NCBI GenBank assembly: GCA_003280965.1
Contig: QCDI01000003.1
Location: 84,837-148,836 of the forward strand
Source of the DNA: Prochlorococcus sp. AG-355-B18
Lineage (GTDB): Bacteria; Cyanobacteriota; Cyanobacteriia; PCC-6307; Cyanobiaceae
Direction: 5' to 3'
Length of the DNA stretch: 64,000 nucleotides
Shown: positions 1-12,462 of the stretch, piece by piece
Numbering within the stretch: position 1 is the stretch's first letter
Layout of the letters: each line of letters begins with the position of its first letter
Position numbers and translations under genes: made by a program
The notes under the pieces: generated by a model
Database searches by the model: none
What the model saw: the letters and a program-made list of their open reading frames with translations, nothing else
Told to the model about the DNA's origin: nothing

Positions 1-1
1 A

Positions 2-826
2 GAATCTGCAAGAAACGTGAGTTGTGTTGGAGCAGAACCAGTTGCTATTACAAATAACTTGAATTTTCCTTCTCCTGAAACTGATATAGGATATTGGCAA
101 CTTTCATCTTCATGTAATGGAATTTCTGAAGCATGTAAAGCTTTTGAAACTCCTGTAACAGGAGGAAATGTTTCCCTTTACAATGAATCCAAAAATAAAG
201 AAAACGAAATTACTCCAATTAATCCCACTCCAGTTATTGGAATGGTTGGGAAAATAGATAATGTTGAAAAAGCTATTAGCAGTGAATGGAAAAATATTCA
301 TGATCAAATATGGTTAATTGGTTCTTATAAATCAGAAACAACAATTTCAGCTAGCTCTTACTTGGAATATTTTCATGGAGAAATTACAGGTCGTCCTCCA
401 AAGTTGGATTTGGGAGATGAAAAATTTTGCCAGGGTTTTTTAAGGAATGCTATTTTAAAAAGTCTTGTAGTTTCTTCTCACGATGTTAGCGATGGGGGTT
501 TATGCATAGCTCTAGCAGAGTGTTGTATTTTGTCAGGAAAAGGTGCAACTATAGATCTTAATAAAGATTTTAATAGAGATGATAATTTATTATTTGGAGA
601 AGGCGGTTCTAGGATTATTTTTTCAATAGACAAAATGAAAGAAAATGAATGGTTAAATTATCTAAAAGAAAATCAAATCAATTTTCAACAAAGTATATAT
701 GTAAAAAAAATAGGAAATGTTTCTAGTAAAAATCTCAATATAAAAATTAGAGATAAAGATATTTGCAATATTAGGGTTGAGGAATTAACCGAAAAATTTA
801 ATAATAGTATCTCAGGTCACTTGTAA
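2..826 (+). CDS. purL: Phosphoribosylformylglycinamidine synthase subunit PurL, C-terminal part (5' end outside window)
   Basis: Frame is open from the window edge; motifs NNLNFPSPE, VTGGNVSLYNE, PTPVIGMVG, HDVSDGG; upstream of purF. Confidence 0.95.
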   Translation, partial: ESARNVSCVGAEPVAITNNLNFPSPETDIGYWQLSSSCNGISEACKAFETPVTGGNVSLYNESKNKENEITPINPTPVIGMVGKIDNVEKAISSEWKNIHDQIWLIGSYKSETTISASSYLEYFHGEITGRPPKLDLGDEKFCQGFLRNAILKSLVVSSHDVSDGGLCIALAECCILSGKGATIDLNKDFNRDDNLLFGEGGSRIIFSIDKMKENEWLNYLKENQINFQQSIYVKKIGNVSSKNLNIKIRDKDICNIRVEELTEKFNNSISGHL

Positions 827-873
827 ATATGAAAAACATTTTTCAACTAATAAAATTTTTACGAAATTAAGTT

Positions 874-2334
874 ATGTGCGGAATAGTTGGAATCGTTTCT
901 TCAGATGATGTAAATCAACAAATTTATGACAGTCTCTTGCTTTTACAGCATAGAGGTCAAGATTCAACAGGTATAGCTACAATGGAAAATACTGTTTTCC
1001 ATATACATAAGGCCAAAGGGCAGGTTAATACTGCATATAGAACTAGAGATATGAGGAATTTAATCGGTAAAATAGGACTTGGTCATGTTAGATATGCAAC
1101 AAAGGGGTCAGCAGAAAGTGTAGAGGAAGCCCAACCTTTTTACGTTAATGCACCTTATGGAATTGTTTTAATACATAATGGCAATTTGACTAATACTAGA
1201 GATTTAGAAAAACAACTATTTAATATTGATAAGCGTCATACAAATTCTTCAAGCGATACAGAAATGCTATTAAATGTGTTTGCTACAGAATTGCAAGAAC
1301 AAACTAATAAGCAAGAATTAGAACCTGATATTATTTTTGATGCTATCAAATCTTTGCATAAGAGAATTCAAGGATCATATGCTGCAATTGCATTAATTTC
1401 AGGTCATGGTTTATTAGCCTTTAGAGATCCTTTTGGTATTAGACCTTTAGTAATAGGAAAAAGATTTTCATTAACTACAAAAAAAGAAGAGTGGATGGTA
1501 GCTAGCGAATCTTTAGTGCTCGAGAATAATGATTACCAAGTAGTGAGAGATGTAGATCCTGGAGAAGCTATTTACATAAATCTTAATGGCGAGTTTTTTT
1601 CTAAGCAATGTTCTGAAAATCCAATATTATGTCCTTGTGCTTTTGAATATGTTTATTTAGCTAGGCCAGATTCAATTATGAATGGAATTTCCGTTTATAA
1701 AGCTCGTTTGAAAATGGGAGATTATTTATCTGAAACAATAAAGGAAACAATTACTTCTGGAAATGTTGATGTCGTAATGCCTATTCCTGATTCTTCTCGA
1801 CCTGCCGCTATGCAAGTTGCAAGACAGTTAGGAATTGAGTATAGAGAAGGGTTTTTTAAAAATAGATATGTTGGCAGAACATTTATTATGCCTGGTCAAC
1901 AGAAACGTAAGAAATCCGTAAGACAAAAGTTAAATGCTATGAGTGCAGAGTTTAAAAATAAAAATGTATTAATAGTTGATGATTCGATAGTAAGAGGTAC
2001 TACTTCAAAAGAAATTGTACAGATGGCTAAAGATGCAGGAGCAAATAAAGTTTTTTTTACATCAGCGGCTCCTCCAGTTCGTTTTCCTCATGTTTATGGA
2101 ATTAATATGCCTAACAGAGATGAATTAATAGCCCATGATAGAACAATAAGAGAAATTGCTGATAAACTCGAAATTGATAATCTCGTTTATCAAAGTGTTG
2201 ATAATTTACGTAAATCTATAATAAGTGATTCTATTGTCGAACATTTGGAGATGAGCTGTTTTACGGGTACTTATGTAACAGGAACAGTAAATCAAGAGTA
2301 TTTAAATTGGGTTGAAAATGAATATAAATCTTAG
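874..2334 (+). CDS. purF: Amidophosphoribosyltransferase
   Basis: N-terminal MCGIVG, QHRGQD, GHVRYAT, PRPP motif [11 protein letters not shown]. Confidence 0.98.
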   Translation: MCGIVGIVSSDDVNQQIYDSLLLLQHRGQDSTGIATMENTVFHIHKAKGQVNTAYRTRDMRNLIGKIGLGHVRYATKGSAESVEEAQPFYVNAPYGIVLIHNGNLTNTRDLEKQLFNIDKRHTNSSSDTEMLLNVFATELQEQTNKQELEPDIIFDAIKSLHKRIQGSYAAIALISGHGLLAFRDPFGIRPLVIGKRFSLTTKKEEWMVASESLVLENNDYQVVRDVDPGEAIYINLNGEFFSKQCSENPILCPCAFEYVYLARPDSIMNGISVYKARLKMGDYLSETIKETITSGNVDVVMPIPDSSRPAAMQVARQLGIEYREGFFKNRYVGRTFIMPGQQKRKKSVRQKLNAMSAEFKNKNVLIVDDSIVRGTTSKEIVQMAKDAGANKVFFTSAAPPVRFPHVYGINMPNRDELIAHDRTIREIADKLEIDNLVYQSVDNLRKSIISDSIVEHLEMSCFTGTYVTGTVNQEYLNWVENEYKS

Positions 2335-4772
2335 GCGAGAAAGTTTTCTAGTCGAAAACAATTTTCAAGATATTCGTCTTTATCTAATTTTAAAAAGTCA
2401 ATTAAAAAATTTGTTTTATTAGATTTAAAATTTAATTTATTGAGGTCTAATCTCGCAGATTTATTTTTATTAGTTTCAATATCAAGATAATAGTTACTCG
2501 GTAAAATTTTGAGGAAATAATCGTTTTTAATTTGGGTTTTTTCATTTAAATATCCCAAACTGTATTCATTTGCAAAATAAATTTCATTACTATTCAAACA
2601 AAAGATTTTTCCTTGCTTAGAAACTAAATAAATATTTTCTTCATTTTGATATGAACAACAAGAAACAATTTCTTCAGTGGGAAAAAGTTTTGCAATCATT
2701 AAACCTTGAGATTGTTTCGTTGTAGGCGCCATAATTTTATTTGATAAGCTAAATTTAAATAATCTTCCAATAGAGGTTAATATTAGTAAATTTTTTTCTT
2801 CACTAGACACAAATGAATCAATGGTTTTTATATTATTTTTTAATTTTGTTATTCCAAAAGATCTATTACTTTTTATCATATCCTCATCAAATAAAACTTT
2901 TTTAAACCTCCCATCTGAATTCAATATGCATAAGTAATTTTTAATTTCTTTTTTAATTGAATGAAAATTTATTATTTCATTAGGATCAATATTTCCAAGG
3001 ATTTTATTATCTAATTTATAGTCATTATTAATATTTGATTCCCAATCAATATGAAAAACTTTTCCTGTATTAGTTATTCCAATTATTTTTAGATTTTTTT
3101 CAACATTACATATAAATTTTTGAATATTTTTATTATCTATAACTTTATTTACATCTTCAAACGATTTCTTATAATTACTTAAAATCACTCTTTTTAAATA
3201 TAATCTATTATCTATACATAATTTAGTTTTTTTATTTATTAAGTCTTCTAATATTTGATTATTAATTGTTTCTAATTCTTCGTTTTGATCAATATTTTTA
3301 CGCAGTTTTGTTTTTCTATTGACATTATATGTTTTCTTGAGTTTTAATAATTCTTCTATAAGTAATTCAAGTAATAATTTTCTTTCATTCAATAATTTCA
3401 TAAAATAATTCTTTTTTTCTTTTAATTTTTTTATATCATCATCTATTAGATTTTTTTCCAGATTTGTTAGTTTTTTTAGCGGCATATCCAAAACTGAATT
3501 TGCTTGTTTTTCATTTAAGGAAAATTTTTCAATCAATTTTAATTTAGCTTCTCCAGTATTTTTTGAGGCTTCAATAACCTCAATAACTCTTTTAATATCT
3601 TTTGTTGCTTTAGACAAACCTTCTAATATTTCTAGTTTCTCAAGAGTATTTTTTAGAAAATAACTGGTTCTTTTTCTAATAGTCTCTTCCCGGAATTTAA
3701 GAAAATAGTCAAGATATTGTTTTAAGTTTAGTTGAACAGGTTTACCTTTAATTAACGTTAAAAATATTGCCCCAAAGTTGGTTTGGAGTGTTGTTTTTTT
3801 ATATAAATTCGAAATTACAAGTTCAGTATTAGAATCTTTTTTTAACTCTATTACAATTCTCATACCATCTCTATCGCTTTCATCTCTAATATCAGCGATC
3901 CCATTAATTTTGTTTGAATTAACAAGTTCAGCCAGTTTTTCAATCCAACCTGCTTTACTAATTTGATAAGGAAGTTCTGTAATTATTAATGCATTTCTTT
4001 TATGTTTACCTTTGCCTAAATTTATTTCCTCTTTATTTAATATCCCTCTAATTATTATTGATCCTTTTCCCGTTTCGTAAAGTTCTTCTATAGCTTGGTT
4101 ATAAATTAATTCTCCGCCAGTAGGGAAATCAGGTCCTTTAATAATTTTAGATAGTTTTTTGTTACTTATATCTTTATTTTCTATTAACGCAATTAAACCA
4201 TCCACTATTTCTCCGAGGTTGTGAGGGGGAATGTTTGTTGCCATTCCAACAGCAATTCCAGATGATCCGTTCAGCAATAAAAAAGGAAGTTGAGCTGGAA
4301 GAACATCTGGTTCTTTTTGTGAACCGTCAAAATTATTCGAGAAGTTTACTGTGTCTGAACCAATTTCTTCCAGAAATCCAGTGTAAGCTATTGGAGCTAA
4401 CCGGGTTTCAGTGTACCTCATTGCAGCTGGTGGATCATTATCCACAGATCCAAAATTTCCATGGCCGTCTAGGGTCGGATACTTAGTTGAAAAATTTTGA
4501 ACTTGCCTCACCAATGCATCATATACTGCTTGATCTCCATGTGGATGGTACTTTCCGAGAACATCTCCAACTACCCTCGCGCACTTTCTAAATGGCCTAT
4601 CTGGTGTTAAGCCTAGTTCGTACATTGCAAATAGTATTCTTCTCTGTACAGGCTTGAGGCCATCTCTTGCGTCGGGTAAGGCACGTCCAACAATTACACT
4701 CATTGCATACTCAAGATAAGAACGTTGCATTTCTTCTTGGAGTGAGATAGAAGTGAAGTTTTTCTTATCCAT
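2331..4772 (-). CDS. Type II DNA topoisomerase subunit A (GyrA/ParC-like paralog with divergent C-terminal domain)
   Basis: [41 protein letters not shown]; start placed at ATG 4772 (ORF track starts 4781); gyrA vs parC not resolved. Confidence 0.9.
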   Translation of the reverse strand: MDKKNFTSISLQEEMQRSYLEYAMSVIVGRALPDARDGLKPVQRRILFAMYELGLTPDRPFRKCARVVGDVLGKYHPHGDQAVYDALVRQVQNFSTKYPTLDGHGNFGSVDNDPPAAMRYTETRLAPIAYTGFLEEIGSDTVNFSNNFDGSQKEPDVLPAQLPFLLLNGSSGIAVGMATNIPPHNLGEIVDGLIALIENKDISNKKLSKIIKGPDFPTGGELIYNQAIEELYETGKGSIIIRGILNKEEINLGKGKHKRNALIITELPYQISKAGWIEKLAELVNSNKINGIADIRDESDRDGMRIVIELKKDSNTELVISNLYKKTTLQTNFGAIFLTLIKGKPVQLNLKQYLDYFLKFREETIRKRTSYFLKNTLEKLEILEGLSKATKDIKRVIEVIEASKNTGEAKLKLIEKFSLNEKQANSVLDMPLKKLTNLEKNLIDDDIKKLKEKKNYFMKLLNERKLLLELLIEELLKLKKTYNVNRKTKLRKNIDQNEELETINNQILEDLINKKTKLCIDNRLYLKRVILSNYKKSFEDVNKVIDNKNIQKFICNVEKNLKIIGITNTGKVFHIDWESNINNDYKLDNKILGNIDPNEIINFHSIKKEIKNYLCILNSDGRFKKVLFDEDMIKSNRSFGITKLKNNIKTIDSFVSSEEKNLLILTSIGRLFKFSLSNKIMAPTTKQSQGLMIAKLFPTEEIVSCCSYQNEENIYLVSKQGKIFCLNSNEIYFANEYSLGYLNEKTQIKNDYFLKILPSNYYLDIETNKNKSARLDLNKLNFKSNKTNFLIDFLKLDKDEYLENCFRLENFLA

Positions 4773-4854
4773 TAGAGTCAAAAATTGAATATGTGATTTA
4801 TGAATTAACTAAATTAAGACTAATAGGTAAACAAATATTTACCAGTATCGAAAT

Positions 4855-5718
4855 TTAAGAAGATGCTTCAATTTTGGATTTTGCTAATAATACATAGTCT
4901 TGTAATTGTTTATTTTGTAAAAGAATTTCTGTTGAAGCTTGCAGTTTTTCTCCCCACAATTGTTCTTTTCTATAATTGTAATTAACATAATTAGGATCTT
5001 TTGCTAAAGATTTTTTTGCAAGTTCAAGAGCGAATTTAATATCTTTTAACCTTAAACATGAGGCAAGTCCTAGTAATGGTTCAGCGTTATCTTCAATCGA
5101 GATAGCTTTTTCAAAAAGTTTGATTGATGAAGTTATCTCATCTTTTTCGAAATAAGCTAAACCTTGATTATTGAATGCTTGCCAGAAATCAGGTTTAATT
5201 TTTATAGATCTATCAAATAACTTAATAGCTTCATAGTAATTTTTTTCCATTAATAAAATATTCCCTAATTGAAAAATAGCTTTATGGTTATTTGGCTCAA
5301 TACTTAATCCTTTTTTCAAAGCATGTTTTGCCTTGTTTTGTTTTGAAATTTGAAAGTAAATATTACTTTTGGCAAAATATATTTCGCTAATATTTGGATT
5401 AATTTCTTGAGCTTTATCTAATGACTTTAAAGCGTTTTTATATAGACTGTTAGCTACCTGAGCTTCAGATAATATTAGCCATAGTTTTTCATCTTTTGCA
5501 TTAATCTTCACAGCTAATTTTGCTAAGTTAAGACTGTCTTCGTATTGTCCAAAAAATAAAAGTTGATATGCATTTTTGCCAATAGATAAGCCTTCCTTTT
5601 CTAAATTTTTTATCGTTGGAAAATAATAATAGGGAATTATAGATTGAACTTTTTCTATTCTAAAAAAGCAAAAACTCAATAAATAGAAACATAGTATATT
5701 TTTTAAAAACTTTCTCAT
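4855..5718 (-). CDS. Tetratricopeptide repeat protein
   Basis: Repeated TPR-like helical pairs (e.g. AIFQLGNILL...EAIKLFDRSIKIKPD); hydrophobic N-terminus. Confidence 0.85.
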   Translation of the reverse strand: MRKFLKNILCFYLLSFCFFRIEKVQSIIPYYYFPTIKNLEKEGLSIGKNAYQLLFFGQYEDSLNLAKLAVKINAKDEKLWLILSEAQVANSLYKNALKSLDKAQEINPNISEIYFAKSNIYFQISKQNKAKHALKKGLSIEPNNHKAIFQLGNILLMEKNYYEAIKLFDRSIKIKPDFWQAFNNQGLAYFEKDEITSSIKLFEKAISIEDNAEPLLGLASCLRLKDIKFALELAKKSLAKDPNYVNYNYRKEQLWGEKLQASTEILLQNKQLQDYVLLAKSKIEASS

Positions 5719-6686
5719 AATTTAAGTTTGTTATTTTTTAGATTTGCTTCTATGTTTCTTTTCCACATCCATGGTTTAATTCTTTTTAAAGTGGTTCCTT
5801 TTAGATTTTCTTCCCAAGTTTTATCATCCCAATTTAAAGAATCAATCCCAAGATTTTTCATCCATTCTTTGGGAGTAGTTTCAAAAGTATTATTGTATGG
5901 TACGGACTTATTCCAAGGGCATACATCTTGACAAATATCACATCCTGCAACCCATCCATTCAAATTTTTTTCTATTTTTTTTGGAATAGTTTTTTCTCTG
6001 TTTTCTATTGTGTGATATGCAATGCACAGATCTGATTGTATAACGAAGGGCTCTACTATTGCTTGCGTCGGACAACTTTCAATACAAATATCACATTTTC
6101 CACAAAGAGATTGATGAGGTTTATCTGGGATTAAATCTTTTGTAAGGATTATAAAACCCAACGTAAACCAAGAACCATTTTTCTTACTTATTAAATTACT
6201 ATTTTTCCCTATCCAACCAAGACCTGATTCCTCAGCCCATGCTTTTTCAAGAAGCGGTGAAGTATCTACACATATTTTCCATTTACAATCAGGAATTTCA
6301 AGGTTAATCCATTTACCAACATTCTTTAATTTTTTATAAATCACTTTATGATAATCTTCTCCTTGGCTAAATTTTCCTATTTTGAAACGGTTGTTGTTAT
6401 TGTTGTTTGAACTTATGTAAGTAAATCCAACGCTTAGAATACTTTTTGCATCTTTAAGAAGTGTGTTTATGTTTTTTCTTCTTTCTGCTTCCATCCATCT
6501 CATATCAGCATGGTGGTTATTTGATAACCATCTTTCTAATGCACTAGTTCTTAATTTTAAGCGCGAACTACCAGGTATTGAAGCAATTCCAGCTATGGTA
6601 AAACCTTCATAAATCGCTCTTTCTTTTAATTTTTTACTTATTTCTAGTTTGTCTTTAATGGAATTGATCATTTCTTTATTATGCAT
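5715..6686 (-). CDS. queG: tRNA epoxyqueuosine reductase
   Basis: DYHKV, VDTSPLLEK, GLGWIGKN, CGKCDICIESCPT and GCDICQDVCPWN Fe-S motifs; start may be a few codons downstream. Confidence 0.93.
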   Translation of the reverse strand: MHNKEMINSIKDKLEISKKLKERAIYEGFTIAGIASIPGSSRLKLRTSALERWLSNNHHADMRWMEAERRKNINTLLKDAKSILSVGFTYISSNNNNNNRFKIGKFSQGEDYHKVIYKKLKNVGKWINLEIPDCKWKICVDTSPLLEKAWAEESGLGWIGKNSNLISKKNGSWFTLGFIILTKDLIPDKPHQSLCGKCDICIESCPTQAIVEPFVIQSDLCIAYHTIENREKTIPKKIEKNLNGWVAGCDICQDVCPWNKSVPYNNTFETTPKEWMKNLGIDSLNWDDKTWEENLKGTTLKRIKPWMWKRNIEANLKNNKLKL

Positions 6687-6817
6687 AGCTTTTTTTAAAA
6701 GTTATTTGTTTAGCTAAGAAACTAATAAATAATTTAAATTTATTAAAAAAAAATATATCCTAACTTAGAAAAAACAGTTAAATTATTAGTAAAGTAAATA
6801 TAGTAAGAAACATTATT

Positions 6818-7552
6818 TTGGTTGAATCTAATCAAAACCAAGATTCGAACCTAGGATCTAGGCTTCAACAGGATCTAAAAAATGATCTTATAGCTGGTTT
6901 GTTGGTTGTAATACCTCTTGCAACAACAATCTGGCTTTCATCATTAGTTAGTAAATTTGTTTTAACATTAGTCACTTCTGTCCCGAAGCAATTAAATCCT
7001 TTTATTAATTTAAATCCTTTATTACAAGATTTAATTAATCTTACTCTGGGTTTAACTGTTCCTTTGTTAGCTATTTTGCTAATAGGCTTAATGGCGAGAA
7101 ATTTTGTAGGAAGATGGCTATTAGAATTTGGAGAAGGTACGTTATCAAAAATTCCTGTAGCAGGAGCAGTTTATAAAACTCTTAAACAATTGCTAGAAAC
7201 TTTTTTAAGTAATAAATCTAACCGGTTTAGAAGGGTTGTTTTAGTTGAATATCCACGCGAAGGTTTATATAGTGTAGGCTTTGTAACTGGTGATGTTGGC
7301 CCTTCTTTGCAGCCAGAATTGGAACAAAAGTTGCTAAGTGTTTTTATACCTACTGCGCCAAACCCAACTACTGGTTGGTACACTTTGGTCCCCGAGTCTT
7401 CTGTTAAAGATTTGGATATTTCTGTCGAAGATGCTTTTAGAACCATTATCTCAGCGGGGATAGTTAATCCAGATGAAAAGAATAACATCACAAATCCAAC
7501 ATTTTCAAAATTATTTTCTCAATTACGCGCTTCCACTAATACTTCTTCTTAG
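6818..7552 (+). CDS. DUF502 family membrane protein
   Basis: AGLLVVIPL, VVLVEYPR, VFIPTAPNPTTG motifs. Confidence 0.85.
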   Translation: MVESNQNQDSNLGSRLQQDLKNDLIAGLLVVIPLATTIWLSSLVSKFVLTLVTSVPKQLNPFINLNPLLQDLINLTLGLTVPLLAILLIGLMARNFVGRWLLEFGEGTLSKIPVAGAVYKTLKQLLETFLSNKSNRFRRVVLVEYPREGLYSVGFVTGDVGPSLQPELEQKLLSVFIPTAPNPTTGWYTLVPESSVKDLDISVEDAFRTIISAGIVNPDEKNNITNPTFSKLFSQLRASTNTSS

Positions 7553-7555
7553 TTG

Positions 7556-8182
7556 ATGCATAATAGATCCCTATCCAGAGAATTATCCTTAATTTCTTTA
7601 GGTTTGATAAAAGATAAAGGTGATTTGAAATTAAATAAATCCCAGATAGAAGAGATTTTTGAATCTGCTCTGGATTCTTTAATCAACCATTGCAGAGACG
7701 AATTAGATAATTGCGAATCAAATTTAGAAAATGCATCACAAAAAATATTAGAGAGTGAATTACAAGAAGGTATTGATTCTTCTTTTTCAAATGTTAGAGA
7801 GGAGTTAATAAAATCTATTAAAAAAATTGAGACTGTAATGAATACACTCTCAATAACTTTAGATTTTCCTAAATTAATAGTATCTAGTGGACAAATTGAT
7901 ATCAGAGAGGATGTGAATCAGAGGATCAGTAATATTATTAATAATCTTACGACTATAGATTCTGAGATTGATCAATCAATGGATGGTTGGAGATTAAAAA
8001 GATTGCCTAAAATTGATCGTGATATTTTGCGTTTAGCATATGTAGATATTAATTTTCTGGATACACCTATTGCTGTTGCTTGTGATGAGGCAGTAAATTT
8101 AGCTAATAAATATAGTGATATGCAAGGAAGAAAATTTATTAATGGAGTTTTAAGGAGATTACAAACAGTTAAATTGCAATAA
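7556..8182 (+). CDS. nusB: Transcription antitermination factor NusB
   Basis: RSLSRE, WRLKRLPKIDRDILRLA, EAVNLANKY, FINGVLR. Confidence 0.93.
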   Translation: MHNRSLSRELSLISLGLIKDKGDLKLNKSQIEEIFESALDSLINHCRDELDNCESNLENASQKILESELQEGIDSSFSNVREELIKSIKKIETVMNTLSITLDFPKLIVSSGQIDIREDVNQRISNIINNLTTIDSEIDQSMDGWRLKRLPKIDRDILRLAYVDINFLDTPIAVACDEAVNLANKYSDMQGRKFINGVLRRLQTVKLQ

Positions 8183-8240
8183 TTATTTGATATAAATAAA
8201 TAATATTTTAAAATTTATTAAATACGAATTATAAATATCA

Positions 8241-9500
8241 ATGACTAATACTAATTCTGATAATTCTCGAGAATGGGCTGCGCAAGCTTATGCACTTTTA
8301 AAAAAAAAGCAGGAAGAGCAGAAGCAAGAACTAATTAAGCAGGAAGAGCAGAAGCAAGAATTAATTAAGCAGGAAGAGCAGAAGCAAGAATTAACTAAGC
8401 AGGAAGAGCAGAAGCAATCTTTGATTGATAGTTTTAACACAGAAAATGTTCAAGGACCTACTAAAACTATTGATGAAACTGAATTAGGAGAATTCGATGA
8501 TAATTTTACTTGGTCTGCAATGGTATTAGCAGCCCAAGGAAAAGAAATAAACCAAATATCGATAGATGAAATTGATTGGTTAACTAAATTAAGAAGAGGT
8601 TTAGAAGAAACTAGAAAAGGATTTGTTACTGAATTATTGGACAAATTAGGAGATGATCCTCTTACACCAGAATCTCTTGATGATTTAGAAACCTTACTAA
8701 TAAGAGCTGATGTCGGGATTGATTCAACAGATAAAGTTATTAGTTCCCTTAGAAAAAAATTAAACGAAGAAGTCGTAGGTGGAGAAGCAGGAATAAAATT
8801 TTTAAAGAAGGAATTAAAATTGATTATCGATAAACCTATAAAAAATTCAGGCATTGATCTTTTAGTGCCTCAAAAGGGTAAGTTAAATGTTTGGTTATTA
8901 GTAGGAGTTAATGGCGTTGGCAAAACTACTACATTAGGAAAATTAGCTTATTTATCATCAAGGAGTAATTATAAAACCTTGATAGCTGCAGCTGACACTT
9001 TTAGAGCTGCCGCAGTAGATCAATTAAAAGTATGGGGTGAGAGGAGTAATGTTGATGTCATATCTAATCAATCAAAAAATGCTGATCCAGCGGCTGTGGT
9101 TTTTGATGCGATTAATTCTGCAAAAAAAAGAAATGTTGACTTATTACTAGTTGATACAGCCGGAAGATTGCAAACAAAAAATAATTTGATGGATGAATTA
9201 GCCAAAATAAAAAAAATTATTGATAAAAAGGTTCCTGATGCAATTGTTGAATCATTATTAGTTTTAGATGCAAGTCAAGGTCAAAATGGGTTAAAGCAAG
9301 CTAAAAGTTTTGCCAAATCGGCAAATTTAAGTGGAGCAATCATTACTAAATTAGATGGAACTTCTCGAGGAGGTGTTTCTTTAGCAGTTTCTGAAGAAGT
9401 TAATTTGCCTATAAGATTCATTGGGGCTGGAGAAGGCATAAAGGATTTGAGACCATTTAATAGTTATGAATTTGTTGAGGCTTTGCTTGCAGATAAATAA
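8241..9500 (+). CDS. ftsY: Signal recognition particle receptor FtsY
   Basis: GVNGVGKTTT, DTFRAAA, DTAGR, TKLDG GTPase motifs. Confidence 0.97.
   Translation: MTNTNSDNSREWAAQAYALLKKKQEEQKQELIKQEEQKQELIKQEEQKQELTKQEEQKQSLIDSFNTENVQGPTKTIDETELGEFDDNFTWSAMVLAAQGKEINQISIDEIDWLTKLRRGLEETRKGFVTELLDKLGDDPLTPESLDDLETLLIRADVGIDSTDKVISSLRKKLNEEVVGGEAGIKFLKKELKLIIDKPIKNSGIDLLVPQKGKLNVWLLVGVNGVGKTTTLGKLAYLSSRSNYKTLIAAADTFRAAAVDQLKVWGERSNVDVISNQSKNADPAAVVFDAINSAKKRNVDLLLVDTAGRLQTKNNLMDELAKIKKIIDKKVPDAIVESLLVLDASQGQNGLKQAKSFAKSANLSGAIITKLDGTSRGGVSLAVSEEVNLPIRFIGAGEGIKDLRPFNSYEFVEALLADK
8307..8417 (+). repeat. 30-bp in-frame tandem repeat (~3.7 copies) in the ftsY N-terminus
   Basis: Unit AAGCAGGAAGAGCAGAAGCAAGAAYTAAYT at 8307, 8337, 8367, partial at 8397; encodes KQEEQKQEL(I/T). 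Confidence 0.95.
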
Positions 9501-9567
9501 ATATTTAATGAAATTTTATTAAAAATTTAAATTTAATGTTAAAACATACTTATTTATTAAATTTGTT

Positions 9568-10911
9568 GTGACAAATAATCAGCAAGAAAAATTATTTTCA
9601 AACAAACTTATACAAAACTTTTTAGATAATGAACCTACATCGTCCTTAGAAAACAAATATAAATTTGCTGAAATTGCATCTTCTTTAGCATATTATTTAA
9701 AAACTTTTTCCAACATAAATAAACTACTTGATTACATATGCTTAATTTTCAAACATGTCTTTAATGAAAAAATAATTTTTATTATTCCTTTAAATTACGA
9801 AGGAGAAATATGGTTTGAAAACATTAAAATTTCTGCTAATGATAAATCTTTTAAAATTCAAGAAGAAATTAAAAGTTGTTTTAATCAATTTAATTTTTCT
9901 AAAAATTTCAAAATTAAAGAAATTCTTATTTTTGAAAATGTTTTAAAAAAAATTTTTAAAAATTATAGAATTGAAACAGAAAAAATATTATCTAGAGGTA
10001 AATGTAGAGGATTTATTTACATTTTAAGCAAAGATTTGACTGGTAATTCTATTAGAGATGATCGTAATTTTAATTTTATTCAAAATTCTCTTGCTGTTGG
10101 ATTAGAAAATTACTGCTTAATAAAAGAAAAGAAAAAGCATGAGAACGTTGATAGAGAGATTTCTACAGGGGCTGAGATACAATCTCAATTACTCCCAGAT
10201 TATTGTCCATCTATTTATGGTGTTGACCTCGCAGCACATTGTAGACCAGCTCTCCAATTAGGAGGCGATTACTATGACTTTATGTGTCTAAAGACGAATA
10301 TTTCAGAAAAAAGAAAAGAAAAAGCTAGATGGGCCTTAGTTATAGGTGATGTTATGGGTAAAGGTATTCCTGCCGGTCTTTTGATGACTATGCTACGAGG
10401 AATGCTGCGTGCAGAGGTTCTTACAGGGTTACCTCCGGATAGAATTTTGCATGATTTGAATCAACTAGCAATAAATGATTTAGATCAATCACATAGATTC
10501 GTTACATTATTTTATTCAGATTATGATCCTAGGACTAGAAAATTGAGATTTGCAAATGCGGCTCATAATCCTCCGTTGCTTTGGAAAAGCTCAGATCAGA
10601 AAATTATAAAATTAGATGCTGAAGGATTTGTACTCGGACTACAAAAAGAAGCTGAATATCAATGTAGTGAAATCAAGCTTAGTGAAAATGATTTAGTGCT
10701 TTATTATACTGACGGAGTAATAGATACCTCTAATTCTTTAGGAGAAAGATTTGATGAAAAAAGGTTAATTAAAATTTTTACAAGATTATGCAAGCAATCT
10801 TTTACATCTCAAGAAATTTTAAATAAAATATTTAAAAAGTTAGATGATTTCACAGGACAAAATAGACATCTTGAGGATGATGCATCTATGGTTATTTTTC
10901 AATTGAAATAG
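9568..10911 (+). CDS. PP2C/SpoIIE-family protein phosphatase (RsbU-like)
   Basis: GGDYYDF, IGDVMGKG, NAAHNPP, YTDGV, DDAS. Confidence 0.9.
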   Translation: MTNNQQEKLFSNKLIQNFLDNEPTSSLENKYKFAEIASSLAYYLKTFSNINKLLDYICLIFKHVFNEKIIFIIPLNYEGEIWFENIKISANDKSFKIQEEIKSCFNQFNFSKNFKIKEILIFENVLKKIFKNYRIETEKILSRGKCRGFIYILSKDLTGNSIRDDRNFNFIQNSLAVGLENYCLIKEKKKHENVDREISTGAEIQSQLLPDYCPSIYGVDLAAHCRPALQLGGDYYDFMCLKTNISEKRKEKARWALVIGDVMGKGIPAGLLMTMLRGMLRAEVLTGLPPDRILHDLNQLAINDLDQSHRFVTLFYSDYDPRTRKLRFANAAHNPPLLWKSSDQKIIKLDAEGFVLGLQKEAEYQCSEIKLSENDLVLYYTDGVIDTSNSLGERFDEKRLIKIFTRLCKQSFTSQEILNKIFKKLDDFTGQNRHLEDDASMVIFQLK

Positions 10912-10971
10912 ATATTTTTTGTCACCTATATAAAAAAATGCTTTATTAGATATATAAAGTTATTAATTGAT

Positions 10972-12351
10972 ATGGCAAAAGTTTGGAGTAAAAGATTTGA
11001 TAATACACTTAATCCTTTCATTGAAAAGTTTAATGCTTCAATTGGTTTTGATAGAAAGCTTATTTTAGAAGATTTAGATTGTTCGATTGCCCATGCAAAA
11101 ATGCTTGGTAAAACGCAAGTTTTATCCTCTTCTGAAACTTTGCAAATACTAAATGGTTTAGAGACAATTAAAGTTGAATATTTGGAAGGCAAATTTTTTC
11201 CTGGTCCTCCCTCTGAAGATATTCATTATTGTATAGAAGAAAAACTAATTAGTTTAATTGGAGAAACAGGAAAAAAATTACACACAGGTAGAAGTAGAAA
11301 TGATCAAGTTGGCACAGATATAAGATTATGGCTAAGGAAAGAGATTGATAATCTCGAAATTTTACTAACTGATTTGCAAAAATCGTTTCTAAATCTTGCT
11401 AAAGCAAATATTCATACCTTAATTCCTGGATATACACATATGCAAAGAGCGCAACCATTATCTTTAGCGCATCATTTATTGGCTTATTTGGAGATGTTTC
11501 AAAGAGACCGAGAAAGGTTTAAAGAAGTAAGATCAAGAGTTAATACTTCACCATTAGGAGCTGCAGCATTAGCTGGAACAAAAATAAAAATAGATAGGAA
11601 CTTTACAGCTTCAGAATTGGGTTTTGAAAAGATATATCACAATAGTATTGATGCAGTTAGTGATAGAGATTTTTGTATAGAGTTTGCTTCTGCATCAGCT
11701 TTAGTAATGTCTCATTTGAGTAAAATTTCGGAGGAAATAATTTTATGGGTAACTGATGAATTTTCTTTTGCAAAATTAACAGACAAATGTGCTACTGGTA
11801 GTAGCTTAATGCCTCAGAAAAAAAATCCTGATGTTCCAGAATTGATAAGAGGTAAAACAGGAAGAGTGTATGGACATCTTCAAGCATTGTTAACAATGGT
11901 AAAAGGGGTTCCACTTGCATATAATAAGGATTTTCAAGAGGATAAAGAACCAATATTTGATACCGCAGAGACTATATCATCTTGTATTAAAGCAATGACT
12001 ATTTTAATCAATGAGGGCATAGAATTTAATATTGAAAATTTATCTGCATCGGTAAACAATGATTTTTCTAATGCCACTGATTTGGCTGATTATTTAGTTG
12101 AAAAAAATGTTCCTTTTAGGACCGCATATCAAGTTGTGGGTGAACTTGTTAAGTATTGTTCTGAGCAAAAAATCTTATTTAAAAATCTTAAAATTGAGGA
12201 TTTTAAAAAATTTCATCCTAAATTTGAAGAAGATGTTTTTGTAGATCTTGAACCTCTTAATGTCGTTAAATCAAGAACTAGTGAAGGTGGTACAGGTTTT
12301 ACCCAAGTTGAAAAGGAGGTTAATAATTGGCAGAAAAAATTGTTACTTTGA
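10972..12351 (+). CDS. argH: Argininosuccinate lyase
   Basis: [31 protein letters not shown]. Confidence 0.98.
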   Translation: MAKVWSKRFDNTLNPFIEKFNASIGFDRKLILEDLDCSIAHAKMLGKTQVLSSSETLQILNGLETIKVEYLEGKFFPGPPSEDIHYCIEEKLISLIGETGKKLHTGRSRNDQVGTDIRLWLRKEIDNLEILLTDLQKSFLNLAKANIHTLIPGYTHMQRAQPLSLAHHLLAYLEMFQRDRERFKEVRSRVNTSPLGAAALAGTKIKIDRNFTASELGFEKIYHNSIDAVSDRDFCIEFASASALVMSHLSKISEEIILWVTDEFSFAKLTDKCATGSSLMPQKKNPDVPELIRGKTGRVYGHLQALLTMVKGVPLAYNKDFQEDKEPIFDTAETISSCIKAMTILINEGIEFNIENLSASVNNDFSNATDLADYLVEKNVPFRTAYQVVGELVKYCSEQKILFKNLKIEDFKKFHPKFEEDVFVDLEPLNVVKSRTSEGGTGFTQVEKEVNNWQKKLLL

Positions 12352-12462
12352 GTCTCAATTATTTTTCTACAACAAGGGTATGCTTTGAAGTAGAATAATA
12401 GAGTATTGTAATTAACTACATTTGTAGTTTTTTAATTTTGTAAATTTTTTGTTGAGTTTAAA

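Noticed and set aside
8307..8417. 30-bp repeats as a possible CRISPR array
   Set aside because: No spacers; in-frame tandem repeat within ftsY
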